Below, piece after piece: positions 27,666-37,135 of a DNA stretch of 64,000 nt. Each line of letters starts with the position of its first letter. Within the stretch, counting starts at the first letter, position 1. Both the position numbers and the translations under genes were made by a program. Location of the stretch: contig JANVYQ010000007.1 in assembly GCA_030059675.1 (NCBI GenBank), positions 1 to 64,000 on the forward strand. The letters are read 5' to 3'. The stretch is from Candidatus Pelearchaeum maunauluense. GTDB taxonomy: Archaea; Thermoproteota; Nitrososphaeria_A; Caldarchaeales; Caldarchaeaceae. Under the pieces are notes generated by a model that saw only the letters and a list, made by a program, of their open reading frames with translations, was not told the DNA's origin and made no database searches.

Positions 27666-28631
27666 TTACTCAGCCTTTACGGGGCCTCCTATCCCAGACC
27701 TGATAGCCCTATACCCCAGCTCCTCCACCTGCGCATTAACGTATTCCATATCCTCCCAAGCGGTGTTTATGAAGACGCTTGGGCCAGTCTGCATGGAGTA
27801 GAAACACTCAACGCCCTCGCCGCGTAGTTGCTTGACCAGCTCCACGACCTTCAAACTATCGGGAGATGTTAGGATTAGCCGCTTGGGGCCTGTCATGGTT
27901 ACTGCGTGTAGCTCTAATGTGTCAAGCTCCACCAACTCTCCAAACCTCCTGAGGTCTCCATCCTGTATGGCTGCTTCAAGCTCGTCGCATCTTTTCTGGG
28001 CTGAGACGCAGCGCGCTTGGAAGAAGGCTGAAAGCTCAGCCTCTCTGTGAGCCTCCTCCGTAGAGAGCTCTGCGCGGAAGGGTATGATGAGCATAGCCAA
28101 GTCAAGCTCTTCCTTCCCAGCTATACGCACCGCGTAAGAGTCTTCGTCGCATGTTCCAGCATACCACCTGGCATACTCGCCCACAACGCTCCTGCATGCC
28201 GAGCCAGCCAGCCTCCTGGCTATGCGCGAGAGTAGCCGCGTATCCCAGCCAAGGCTTCTATCAAGGCCAGCAGCCTTGTACGCTGCCGCAGCAAGGGCAG
28301 CGCCAGCGGCGGCTGAGAAGCCAAGCCCCTTAGCAGAGCCGCCTGGAAGCGAGTTCCAAGACTCCACGCGTACACGCTCCTCAATAGAGGCTAAGCGCCT
28401 AACAGTGTCTATGACCGTTAAAATCCTCTCCAACGGGCGCCCAGTTATTGGGAAACCATCAACTATAGCTTGGTCGCTCTCAAAGTCGCCGAACTCCACG
28501 CGCGTTGTTGTGTGTAGAGCTTCTACGTTTACGGATATGCTGTCGTGGTAAGGTATTCTCTGCTCCCAGTCGCGTAGGCCGTGGTATTTTATCAACGCCT
28601 GCATGGGATGAGCCTTGGCTGTTGCCTTCAA
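27666..28631 (-). CDS. mvaD: (Di)phosphomevalonate decarboxylase, GHMP family
   Basis: AHPMQALIKYHG..D...RIPYHDSISV, KGLG.SAA, GSACRS, QTGPSV. Confidence 0.85.
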   Translation of the reverse strand: MKATAKAHPMQALIKYHGLRDWEQRIPYHDSISVNVEALHTTTRVEFGDFESDQAIVDGFPITGRPLERILTVIDTVRRLASIEERVRVESWNSLPGGSAKGLGFSAAAGAALAAAAYKAAGLDRSLGWDTRLLSRIARRLAGSACRSVVGEYARWYAGTCDEDSYAVRIAGKEELDLAMLIIPFRAELSTEEAHREAELSAFFQARCVSAQKRCDELEAAIQDGDLRRFGELVELDTLELHAVTMTGPKRLILTSPDSLKVVELVKQLRGEGVECFYSMQTGPSVFINTAWEDMEYVNAQVEELGYRAIRSGIGGPVKAE

Positions 28632-28651
28632 GCGCGTCTCTCCAGCTCCTC

Positions 28652-29815
28652 TTATTGGAGAGCGTATCTTATCTTTTTGAACCGTCTTAGAAGTCTCGCA
28701 ACTCCCCGTCTAGCCTGGCCTGCGTGCCCATCCAAAGCAAGCTTGATGAGCGCAGCCACCTCGCGCATTTCTCTAGCACCCATTCCCAGACGCGCTACTT
28801 CGTTGGTTCCTAGCCTTACAGCCATGTCAACCACTATCCCGGCTTCCTCAAGCCTATCTCTGAACCACACGCCCTCGTCTGGGTTTTTCGGTATGTAGAC
28901 CTGGTGCGTCTCTGTGTATCCTCTGCTGCCTTTGAAGACGTTTATCCCAGCCTTGTCAAGCTCAGCCGCTAATGTCTTGGCGTTCTCCACTATGCGCGGG
29001 GCATATTTGGAGCCGTAGCGCCGCATCTCCTCCAGAGCAACAGCGAGAGCAGCAACCCTGTTGAGGTGTATGTTATCAACGAACTTGTGGAGGGTGTTAG
29101 ACTCTATCCTGGAGGCCAGCTCCCTGTTGTTGGTTAGTATTATGCCGCCCTGAGGGCCTGGGAATGACTTGTGGGTTGAGCCTAGGAGTATGTCAGCTCC
29201 CTCGTTGAGCGGGTTTGGGAATGTATGGCCAGCTATGAGGCCCAAAACATGAGAGCCGTCAAAGATTACCGCACCACCATAGCTATGCACCTCCTCCGCA
29301 ATCTCCCTAACAGGCTGGGGGAAGAGTATCAGGCTCGCCCCGAGGATTACCACGCTGGGCTTCTCACCTCTTATCACATCTAGACAGCCCCATAGCTCCA
29401 GCTGCTGCTCGCTGCTGTTGAACGGTAGCTGGACGGTCTGTAGTGAGAAGATTTCAGGTATCTTGTCTTGGTCTAGTCCTGGGTATCCGCCATGCTCGGA
29501 TGCTATCACAGCTATCTTCTGTCCCTTGGATACTGTAGAGTATAGTGCGGTCATAAGCGCCACATGCCCTGAGAGTGGCGCGACTGAACAGAACTCCGCG
29601 TTGAAGACTTCTCTTCCCAGCTGCTCCGCGGCATCCCATAGTTTCCGCGCGTATTTTGTGCCACCGTAGAACTCAGGCCTGAAAGCGTATCTCCCAGCTA
29701 GGTCGCTTGCCAAGGCTCTCCTAGCAGCGGGGCTTAGAATATTCTCGCTAGCAACTAGGTTGAGACGCCGCCGCCTATACTGCTCATGCTCCGCCACCAG
29801 CTTAGTCGGGTTCAA
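28652..29815 (-). CDS. glyA: Serine hydroxymethyltransferase (archaeal type)
   Basis: LNLVASEN, FYGG, DGSHVLGL, GSTHKSFPGPQGG, RLGT.E. Confidence 0.92.
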   Translation of the reverse strand: MNPTKLVAEHEQYRRRRLNLVASENILSPAARRALASDLAGRYAFRPEFYGGTKYARKLWDAAEQLGREVFNAEFCSVAPLSGHVALMTALYSTVSKGQKIAVIASEHGGYPGLDQDKIPEIFSLQTVQLPFNSSEQQLELWGCLDVIRGEKPSVVILGASLILFPQPVREIAEEVHSYGGAVIFDGSHVLGLIAGHTFPNPLNEGADILLGSTHKSFPGPQGGIILTNNRELASRIESNTLHKFVDNIHLNRVAALAVALEEMRRYGSKYAPRIVENAKTLAAELDKAGINVFKGSRGYTETHQVYIPKNPDEGVWFRDRLEEAGIVVDMAVRLGTNEVARLGMGAREMREVAALIKLALDGHAGQARRGVARLLRRFKKIRYALQ

Positions 29816-29853
29816 CAGACGCTCTGTAGCTTTAGGTAGTATATTAGCTCAGC

Positions 29854-30303
29854 CTAAACCAGCGAGTATCGGACATCGCTCTTAACTATCCTTATGGTTA
29901 TCAGTGAGTTGACCTCTATTACTCCCTTGATTCTCTTCACCTTGTTTATCGTTTGGTGAAGCCCGTCTAGGTCGTGAGCCATTATGACCGCGATAGCGTC
30001 GTAGTCTCCTGAGAGTTGGTAGATGTGCGGTATCTCGCGCATGGCTGTCATCTCGCGCAGAACCTCATCTATATTCTCTGGACTTATCCGTAGCATTAGC
30101 GCGGCTGAGTGGTTAATCCCAATCATACGCGGGTCAACCAGAGCCACTATCTTACGTATAACGCCAGCCTTGATGAGACGGGAGATTCTAAATCTTATCG
30201 TGTTCTCATTTACGTTCAGTTTCCTCCCAATCTCGGCATATGATGCCCTGCCGTCCTCCTGGAGTATCTCTAGGATTTTCTTATCAAGGTCGTCTAGCTC
30301 CAA
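29854..30303 (-). CDS. Lrp/AsnC family regulator
   Basis: LDDLDKKIL..LQEDGR.SY.EI, SGDYD. Confidence 0.93.
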   Translation of the reverse strand: MELDDLDKKILEILQEDGRASYAEIGRKLNVNENTIRFRISRLIKAGVIRKIVALVDPRMIGINHSAALMLRISPENIDEVLREMTAMREIPHIYQLSGDYDAIAVIMAHDLDGLHQTINKVKRIKGVIEVNSLITIRIVKSDVRYSLV

Positions 30304-30306
30304 CCC

Positions 30307-30747
30307 CTATACCACCTGCTTCCTGCTTTCTCCAGGCCATCTAATCGTTATAGACCTATCCTCGCCGTTTAGGGGGAGTTCTAGGAACCGCCATCCCCGT
30401 CCCAGGAATCTAATCGCCACAACTGGTTTTGGGTGGAATTCACCGCCGCAATGTGGGCATTTTATCCTGAATCTTTTTGAGAAGTCCTTGAGCCGCTTGA
30501 CCTGCTCCACCTCCAGCATGGCGTAGCGCTTGCTGCTGGACTTAACTTCTATCGCCAGAAGCTCGCCGTGGTCTACCGCTATTATGTCGGGTTTGGCCAT
30601 CTTGCCCGCGCCGCTTCCAGGGGTTCTCACAGCATAGCAGCCGTCCTCACTGGCTTCTATGAAGCGCCTCAACAAGCTATACTCTCCCTCATAGCCCACC
30701 CGCGCCTTATACCTTGGAGAAGCAGAGTCCCGCGGCTTCCTAGGCAA
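30307..30747 (-). CDS. hjc: Holliday junction resolvase Hjc/Hje family, with CPHC insertion
   Basis: G..GE, R.PGSG, PDIIA, IEVKS (PD-(D/E)xK). Confidence 0.85.
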   Translation of the reverse strand: MPRKPRDSASPRYKARVGYEGEYSLLRRFIEASEDGCYAVRTPGSGAGKMAKPDIIAVDHGELLAIEVKSSSKRYAMLEVEQVKRLKDFSKRFRIKCPHCGGEFHPKPVVAIRFLGRGWRFLELPLNGEDRSITIRWPGESRKQVV

Positions 30748-30769
30748 GATGAGAACACCCCACTCTTCC

Positions 30770-31156
30770 TTACGTTATCTTCTCGCGTTTATCTACTATC
30801 TTCTTCTCCTTCTCGTTCTCGCGGTGTATTGGGCGTTTCTCTATCTGGCCCAGCTCTATTATGAGCGGGCTTAGAAAATGGCTGAAGGATGCTGAGTTTT
30901 TAACCCATTTCCTCTCGCTGGGCTTTGAGAGGTAGCCTAGCTGAACCAGATTAGTGAGGAGCGTGGATATGCTCCTCCTTTTTCTACGGTCTTTTACGAG
31001 TTCTTCAGGGAGAAGCTCGGTTATGTCTGTTAGCGTGAAGGGATGCTGCTTGATGTTCGCTATAGCTGCTAGTATGGCCTCTATATCCGAATCGCTGAGC
31101 AGGCGTGTCTTCCACGATAACATCTTGATTATTGGATTGTTATCAGCCATTTCCAT
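30770..31156 (-). CDS. Hypothetical winged-helix protein
   Basis: FTLTDI...ISTLLTNLVQLGYLSK...KW pattern. Confidence 0.6.
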   Translation of the reverse strand: MEMADNNPIIKMLSWKTRLLSDSDIEAILAAIANIKQHPFTLTDITELLPEELVKDRRKRRSISTLLTNLVQLGYLSKPSERKWVKNSASFSHFLSPLIIELGQIEKRPIHRENEKEKKIVDKREKIT

Positions 31157-31186
31157 ACCACCAACTCAACTATGACGACTCCAATT

Positions 31187-32698
31187 CTAATAATAGCGGA
31201 GAAGCGTCGCTGGGTTAAGCTGTATATCACGCCTGCAACTACTGCATTCTAGGACAATCTTATCTCCAGCCTCGGCGGCTTCCTCCAAATCCTCCTTCAC
31301 GGGTAGCATGACTATCGTCCCCTCACCACAGTGCGGGCATTTGACGCGGGCTTTCTTCTCTATCGTGTTTGTGAGTTCCTGCTTGGTGCTTAGTCTCTTG
31401 AAGAAGGCCACCGCTGGCCGTGTCTCCGTCTTTTCCACCGCTTCCTGGGTAGCCTCCTGCACTGGTGGAGGCGGCCTCTCCTGCCGCTGCTCGGCGTATA
31501 TCCTCTTAAGCTCCGCCTCCAGAGCCACGCGCCTCTCAGCCAAAGCCTTAAACTCCTTCTCAAGCTTGTCAAACACCCACTTGGGGACAAGCTCGCTCCT
31601 AATGGCTGGGAGAATCAGCTCAACTATCCTCTTCCGCACGTTCTCTGTCAAGCTCTGCTCAAGCGGCCTCAACGCTGGAAGCTCTCCCTTCCTAACCTTA
31701 ACTATGTTCAGAAGCTGATGAGCAAGCGTTTCAATCTCCTCATTTGAAACTATCTCTGGGTTGTGCATCAGGTTGAGCAGCGAGCGCGCCGCATCAACCT
31801 CTTCCTCAAGAATCTTCACCTGCTCCTCTTTCTTGCTTATCTCCTCATCCAGCGATGCGAGAAGCTCTTGCATCTGTCTTATCTCGTTCTCTATCTCCTC
31901 AGCCTTGCCGCGATATCCGTATAATGATTCATACTCACGTGTCAGCTCCTCTATCTTAGAGTTTAGCTCATTCACTCTATTCTCAAGCTGCTCCACCTCA
32001 GCCTTAAGCCTGTTCCTCGCCTCCATTATGCTGTTAAACTCTGGCTCCACATCTATGAGCGCCGCTATCTGCCCTTCCTTCTCCTTCTTGGAGGATTCTA
32101 TCGCCGCCAGCTCTTCTTCAAGGCTTTTCTTACGGTTCTCCAGCTCCTCTATCTCGCTCAAGAGCGACTTACGCGCATCCAGCATCTCTAGAAGCTTAGC
32201 TGGGTCTCCTCCAAGCTCCTTAAGCTGTTTGGCAGCAGAGACAAGTAGTTCTAAGTCTTGTGTAGAGATGCCGTGACTCTCAAGGAGCTTGAAGAGGTTG
32301 GATGCTTTATTAACCTTGTCTAGAGTGAGTTTCTGCTGCTCCATGTATATCTTCAGGTCTTCCTCTATCTTCTCACGCTTCGCCTTAAGCTCGTTAATCG
32401 CATACTCAAGCTTCACACTCTCCTTAAACTTCTTATCATATTCGCGGAGGAGAACCGTGAAGCTTTTTCCTGTTTCACGCTCAAGCTCTCTAAGCCTTAG
32501 AGCTGTCTTGATATATTTACGCAGCTTAGCTGGTTGTTTTTCCAAGGATTCAAATAATTCCAGTAATGAGTTGATTGTCTGCTCATCTAATCCCAGCTCG
32601 GTGAGACACTTCATGGCTTCGCCCCCAGCCCCCTTAGGCTGGGACTCGCCACCCACACCCTGCTCACTTACTCCCTCCTGGTCTGGAATGTGCGCCAT
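31187..32698 (-). CDS. Long coiled-coil protein with C-terminal zinc ribbon
   Basis: E/K/L heptad-rich core, C-terminal CPHC...CSSC; no Walker motifs; start probably ATG 32698. Confidence 0.8.
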   Translation of the reverse strand: MAHIPDQEGVSEQGVGGESQPKGAGGEAMKCLTELGLDEQTINSLLELFESLEKQPAKLRKYIKTALRLRELERETGKSFTVLLREYDKKFKESVKLEYAINELKAKREKIEEDLKIYMEQQKLTLDKVNKASNLFKLLESHGISTQDLELLVSAAKQLKELGGDPAKLLEMLDARKSLLSEIEELENRKKSLEEELAAIESSKKEKEGQIAALIDVEPEFNSIMEARNRLKAEVEQLENRVNELNSKIEELTREYESLYGYRGKAEEIENEIRQMQELLASLDEEISKKEEQVKILEEEVDAARSLLNLMHNPEIVSNEEIETLAHQLLNIVKVRKGELPALRPLEQSLTENVRKRIVELILPAIRSELVPKWVFDKLEKEFKALAERRVALEAELKRIYAEQRQERPPPPVQEATQEAVEKTETRPAVAFFKRLSTKQELTNTIEKKARVKCPHCGEGTIVMLPVKEDLEEAAEAGDKIVLECSSCRRDIQLNPATLLRYY

Positions 32699-32869
32699 AC
32701 TCAGCCAAGTTTTATACGGTCTGTATTGATATATATGTGCCATCCCGCGGAGAATACGCATAATATTGGTGTATTTTCGGGCTAGGGCTCACGTAGATGC
32801 GGAGAATTATGCGGTTTATATCGGCAAAAACTATTATAATGTGAAGTGAATTAACTAGCTTGATGCACT

Positions 32870-33664
32870 ATGAGCGTATTAGCACAGCTCACACCCGCGA
32901 CCATATTTCTAACAATCTTCCTGCTCATAATAATACTAGGACTACTATCATCAGCCATAAAGATAGCAACAGAATACGAGCGCGTGGTCATCTTCAGGCT
33001 CGGTAGGCTACTAGGCGCTAAAGGGCCTGGGCTAGTCATAATACTGCCAATAATAGATAAGCGACGTATCGTTGACCTTAGGCTGATAACGCTTGACGTA
33101 CCCAAGCAGCGTATGATCACGAAGGATAACGTGACTGTTGACGTGGATGCTATCGTCTACTTCAGGGTTAATGACCCTATAGCTGCTGTTGTGCGTGTTA
33201 AGGACTACATAACTGCTTCCGCTATGCTGGCTCAGACCACACTACGCGATGTCATAGGCCAGGTGGAGTTTGACGACCTCCTCACTAGGAGGGAGGAGCT
33301 GAACAAGAGGATACAGCAGATACTTGATGAGGCTACAGAGCCTTGGGGTATTAAGGTAACCACCGTAGCAATCCGTGATGTTGTGATACCTGAGACTATG
33401 CAGAGGGCTATTGCCAAGCAGGCTGAGGCTGAGCGCGAGAGGAGGAGCAGGATAATCATGGCTGAGGGAGAGCTGCAGGCCGCGCAGAAGATGGCGGAGG
33501 CAGCCAACTACTATGCCCAGAACCCATCTGCCATGAGGCTTCGCGAACTCCAGACATGGGCCGAGATAGCTAGGGAAAAGAACCTGATAGTGATTACCGA
33601 GAGTAGCGGGCTTAAGGAAATGGCGGCCATGATGGGTATGATAGAGTCGTCAAAGAAGAGATGA
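32870..33664 (+). CDS. Stomatin/SPFH (slipin) family protein
   Basis: EYERVVIFRLGR, KGPGL, ITKDNVTV, QAEAERERR. Confidence 0.95.
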   Translation: MSVLAQLTPATIFLTIFLLIIILGLLSSAIKIATEYERVVIFRLGRLLGAKGPGLVIILPIIDKRRIVDLRLITLDVPKQRMITKDNVTVDVDAIVYFRVNDPIAAVVRVKDYITASAMLAQTTLRDVIGQVEFDDLLTRREELNKRIQQILDEATEPWGIKVTTVAIRDVVIPETMQRAIAKQAEAERERRSRIIMAEGELQAAQKMAEAANYYAQNPSAMRLRELQTWAEIAREKNLIVITESSGLKEMAAMMGMIESSKKR

Positions 33665-34965
33665 CTAGAGCCGCATCAATAACTATCGCAATATTCCTCA
33701 TATCTTTTTCAGCTTTACTCGCTGCCTCGGATAGCTATGGCTCTACCGACGAAAGGCGCGTGCTCTGGCTGGAGCTTAATGGCTACGTCTCGCCAGGCAT
33801 GGCTGAGTATGTTGAGGAGAGCTTGAGCAACGCTGGGGACTACGCCGCGGTTCTCATAACGCTGGATACATTCGGCGGCCTCGGAGACGCTATGTTCAGG
33901 ATAATTGACGCCATACTAGAGTCCCCCACACCCGTGATAGGCTTCGTATACCCAGCTGGTAAGCAGGCTCTCTCAGCTGGCACTTACATACTCATGGCGA
34001 CAGACTATGCTGCGATGGCGCCTTATACGTTGATAGGCTCTGCCCAGCCAGTTGTCGGCGGCCAGCCGAGCAACGAGACCAAGCTCATAAACTTCCTCAC
34101 TGCTAAGATGAGCTCCCTCGCTGAGCTGCATAAGCGAAACGCGACACAGGCTGTTAGGTTCATCACGCATAACGACAACCTAGGCCCAGAGGAGGCGCTG
34201 AGGCTTCGGGTTATAGAAGCAATAGCAGACTCGCCTGAGGAGCTTCTACAGAAAGCGGATGGAGCGACGGTGTATAGGCTGGGCGGGGAAAGAACCCTAG
34301 ACCTCAACGGGGCCAGGCTGGTTAAAGTGGAGCCTAGCATAAGGTCTTCTGTAATAGGGCTCTTTTCAGACCCGCTGGTTTCCAGTCTTCTCCTCTCCAT
34401 AGGGATATTGGTCTTGATACTTGGTTTTACGAGTCCTGGATGGGGTGCTGAGGTGGCTGGAGGAATAATGATAGTCTTAGGACTCCTGGGTCAGGGCTTC
34501 AACGTGAATATCATAGGGATACTGCTCGCCGCAATAGGAGCTGGCCTCATAATCTTTGAACTACACACACCAGGCTTCGGAGCAGCGGGCCTAGGCGGAA
34601 TCTTCGCGCTAACGCTAGGCCTGATACTCCTCATAGGATACCCGCCCTACCCCATATACGTCTCAGAAGAATGGCTACAACAGCTCTACTTCTCAATAGG
34701 AGTATCAACCATCGTAGCCGGCGGTATCTTCGTCTTCCTAATCTACAAAGCCCTTAGGATACAGAAGAGAAAGAGCTACTTTGAGAAGTATCTCGGCGAT
34801 GTGGGCAAAGCCATAGACGACCTAAGCCCTGGTAAAGAGGGATATATCTTGGTCTCAGGCGAGTACTGGAGAGCTACCTCTAGGACGGAGATTAGAAGGG
34901 GGCAGAGGGTTAGGATAGTTGGGCGTAGAGACGGTCTCCTACTTGTGGAGCCTGCTGATGAATAA
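33661..34965 (+). CDS. nfeD: NfeD membrane-bound serine protease
   Basis: LDTFGG, ALSAGTYI, TM block, C-terminal OB 'GEYWRA'; ATGA overlap with stomatin. Confidence 0.9.
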   Translation: MTRAASITIAIFLISFSALLAASDSYGSTDERRVLWLELNGYVSPGMAEYVEESLSNAGDYAAVLITLDTFGGLGDAMFRIIDAILESPTPVIGFVYPAGKQALSAGTYILMATDYAAMAPYTLIGSAQPVVGGQPSNETKLINFLTAKMSSLAELHKRNATQAVRFITHNDNLGPEEALRLRVIEAIADSPEELLQKADGATVYRLGGERTLDLNGARLVKVEPSIRSSVIGLFSDPLVSSLLLSIGILVLILGFTSPGWGAEVAGGIMIVLGLLGQGFNVNIIGILLAAIGAGLIIFELHTPGFGAAGLGGIFALTLGLILLIGYPPYPIYVSEEWLQQLYFSIGVSTIVAGGIFVFLIYKALRIQKRKSYFEKYLGDVGKAIDDLSPGKEGYILVSGEYWRATSRTEIRRGQRVRIVGRRDGLLLVEPADE

Positions 34966-35002
34966 AGAATAAGGAAGGGAGGGAGTTTTTGGGCGTTGGT
35001 TC

Positions 35003-35428
35003 TTAGAGTCTTCCCCGTCTAAATGGGCGGCGCTGGCCGTAGCCCCTGCTCTGGTAGCCGTAGTCGCTGCTATAAGTCTCCTTTGCGGAGAGGTTGTTCT
35101 CCGTGTTTATGTTCTCAATAGCCTCATCGGATAGCTCAATAGAGCCATACCTACCCAGATTCAGCTGCATCCTACCACGGAAGACCTTGACAAAACCGTT
35201 GTTCACCTTTATCGTATCCCCCTCATTAACCTTCTCCGCGTTGTCATCCCAGAGAATCAGCTTTATAGCGCCAGTGTCATCTGCTATCAAAGCCTCAGAC
35301 AGCGTATGCTCCGACTGGTCATACTGCGAAGAAACAGTCTTCACCGGCGACTTCTCAACAACCTTAGCCACTAGGTTTACTCCGCGTGAGCGCGGAGTCA
35401 AACTACCTATCTTAACTATTTCACTCAA
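35003..35428 (-). CDS. ssb: Single-stranded DNA-binding protein (single OB fold, R/G-rich tail)
   Basis: IADDTG.I.L.LW, NGFV..FRG..QL..GRYG, basic tail. Confidence 0.88.
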   Translation of the reverse strand: MSEIVKIGSLTPRSRGVNLVAKVVEKSPVKTVSSQYDQSEHTLSEALIADDTGAIKLILWDDNAEKVNEGDTIKVNNGFVKVFRGRMQLNLGRYGSIELSDEAIENINTENNLSAKETYSSDYGYQSRGYGQRRPFRRGRL

Positions 35429-35505
35429 CCTTTCTTTACACGCTCTTTAGGTGTGCATATTCCGCTCCAGCCTCTTATTTAAATGTATGGCTAGACCAAA
35501 AACTA

Positions 35506-37083
35506 TTACCCACCAACGGCCCTGCGTAGCTTTTCTACAGCCTTCTCGCTCCCCAGGTCTTCGAAGATATACGGCCCAAGACGCGGCCCCTTCGGCTGTC
35601 CTATCAACACCTTGTATAGCGTTCTGAAGAACTCTGCTGGCTGTAGGCCGTTGTTTCGCGCAGCGTTGAATATTCCGTTCTGAATCTCATCACCGCTTTT
35701 GGCCTTCTCGATGACCTTGATTAACTTGTTAATCGCTTTCTTCTGGTTCTCGGATAGTTGTACTGGCTTGACCTCCACCTGGCCGAAGTCTTTGACGAAG
35801 TTTATCGCCATCCTAACCCTCTCCCTTACTGTGTCGTCGACCTTGTAGCCGTAGCGTTGTAGGCGGCTTATCACGAATTGCTCCTCAGCCCCATCGGGAG
35901 CCGCGCCCGCGAGCTGCGTGAGGAGTGTGTAGGGAACTTTTGAGGGCGGCTCACGTGGAGGCTCCAAGTTATAGATATACATGAACAGACCTCTGGACTT
36001 TATGTCGCCGCTTCCAGAGTAGTATGCGTCTTGCAGCCTGTCCAGCTCGTTCATCAACGCTGGTATTAGGGGTGGCGAGATTACGCGCGTCCCCTTTATA
36101 CGCTTGAGTAAGAGCAGGATGAGGCTCTGGGGCGTTCCGTACCTATACCAGCTCTGAGGTGTGAATACACTAACCCCACGCGACTTGGATATCTTCCTCC
36201 TCGACTCGTCTAGGAAAAGCTCGTACTGGACGTGCATGGGTGGCTCGAACTGGAGAATCTCGCGCGATACCCAGTCGTTTACCATTATTGATTTGGCTAG
36301 GTCTTTCCCGTATGCTTCAAACCTTATGTCCAGCGCGGACCATCGCGCAGCCCACTCAACCTTCCACGAGAGCTTCCCGTCGGCCTTCTTTATATCCGCC
36401 TCTCCCTCATAGCCGCAGCCCTCGTGCCAGACCCCCTTGACCATAACATCCTTACAGCGGTAGAGAACCTTATCACTCCCAGGCTCGAACTCGTAGGCAT
36501 GAGCCGTATAGACTCTCCCGCAGTTCCCGCATATTGGAAAGTATGGAAGTGTTTCTAGAAACTTCTTCTGCCCTGTGAGCTCATTAATCTTCTCACCTAT
36601 CGCTTTATGGTTTTCGAGTATCCTCCGTATCTGTTCCGCGAGTATCCCGTTCTTGTATGCGTCGTATGCCCTCATGAACGTTGCCCTTATCCCAGCTTTT
36701 TCAAGCGCGTCAAGAAGGAGATACTCCATGTGCTCCGCGTATGAGCCATGACAGTTGAATGGGTCTGGGATTAGCGATACCGGACGGAGTAGGTATTTCC
36801 CAACCTCGCGCGGAAGCTCTGCTGGAACGCTTCTAAGACCATCCATATCATCTGCGAACTGTATAGTCTCAGAGTTGTATCCAAGATTCCTGAGGGCCAG
36901 CGCTACTGCGTGGGCTCTTACCGAGTCGGCCATGCTCCCTAGGTGGACTATCCCAGAAGCGGCTATGCCAGCCTCGGTTCTAAGGAGCTCTAGTGAGCGT
37001 CCAAGCCGCTTCTCCCGCTCCACAAGCCTGCCAGCAAGCTTATCCATCCAAGTGCCGAGCCCTATGACCTGCTTCTGCGACAT
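35506..37083 (-). CDS. lysS: Class I lysyl-tRNA synthetase
   Basis: SGIVHLGS, DDMDGLR, GKL.WKVEWAARW, KISKS, GPRLG. Confidence 0.95.
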   Translation of the reverse strand: MSQKQVIGLGTWMDKLAGRLVEREKRLGRSLELLRTEAGIAASGIVHLGSMADSVRAHAVALALRNLGYNSETIQFADDMDGLRSVPAELPREVGKYLLRPVSLIPDPFNCHGSYAEHMEYLLLDALEKAGIRATFMRAYDAYKNGILAEQIRRILENHKAIGEKINELTGQKKFLETLPYFPICGNCGRVYTAHAYEFEPGSDKVLYRCKDVMVKGVWHEGCGYEGEADIKKADGKLSWKVEWAARWSALDIRFEAYGKDLAKSIMVNDWVSREILQFEPPMHVQYELFLDESRRKISKSRGVSVFTPQSWYRYGTPQSLILLLLKRIKGTRVISPPLIPALMNELDRLQDAYYSGSGDIKSRGLFMYIYNLEPPREPPSKVPYTLLTQLAGAAPDGAEEQFVISRLQRYGYKVDDTVRERVRMAINFVKDFGQVEVKPVQLSENQKKAINKLIKVIEKAKSGDEIQNGIFNAARNNGLQPAEFFRTLYKVLIGQPKGPRLGPYIFEDLGSEKAVEKLRRAVGG

Positions 37084-37135
37084 GGCTGAAGTCCTTCCCC
37101 CAGCCTAACAGCTTGAGAGAGCACGGTATTAGGGT

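Noticed and set aside
32870-34965. Stomatin-NfeD operon
   Set aside because: Well-described conserved pair.
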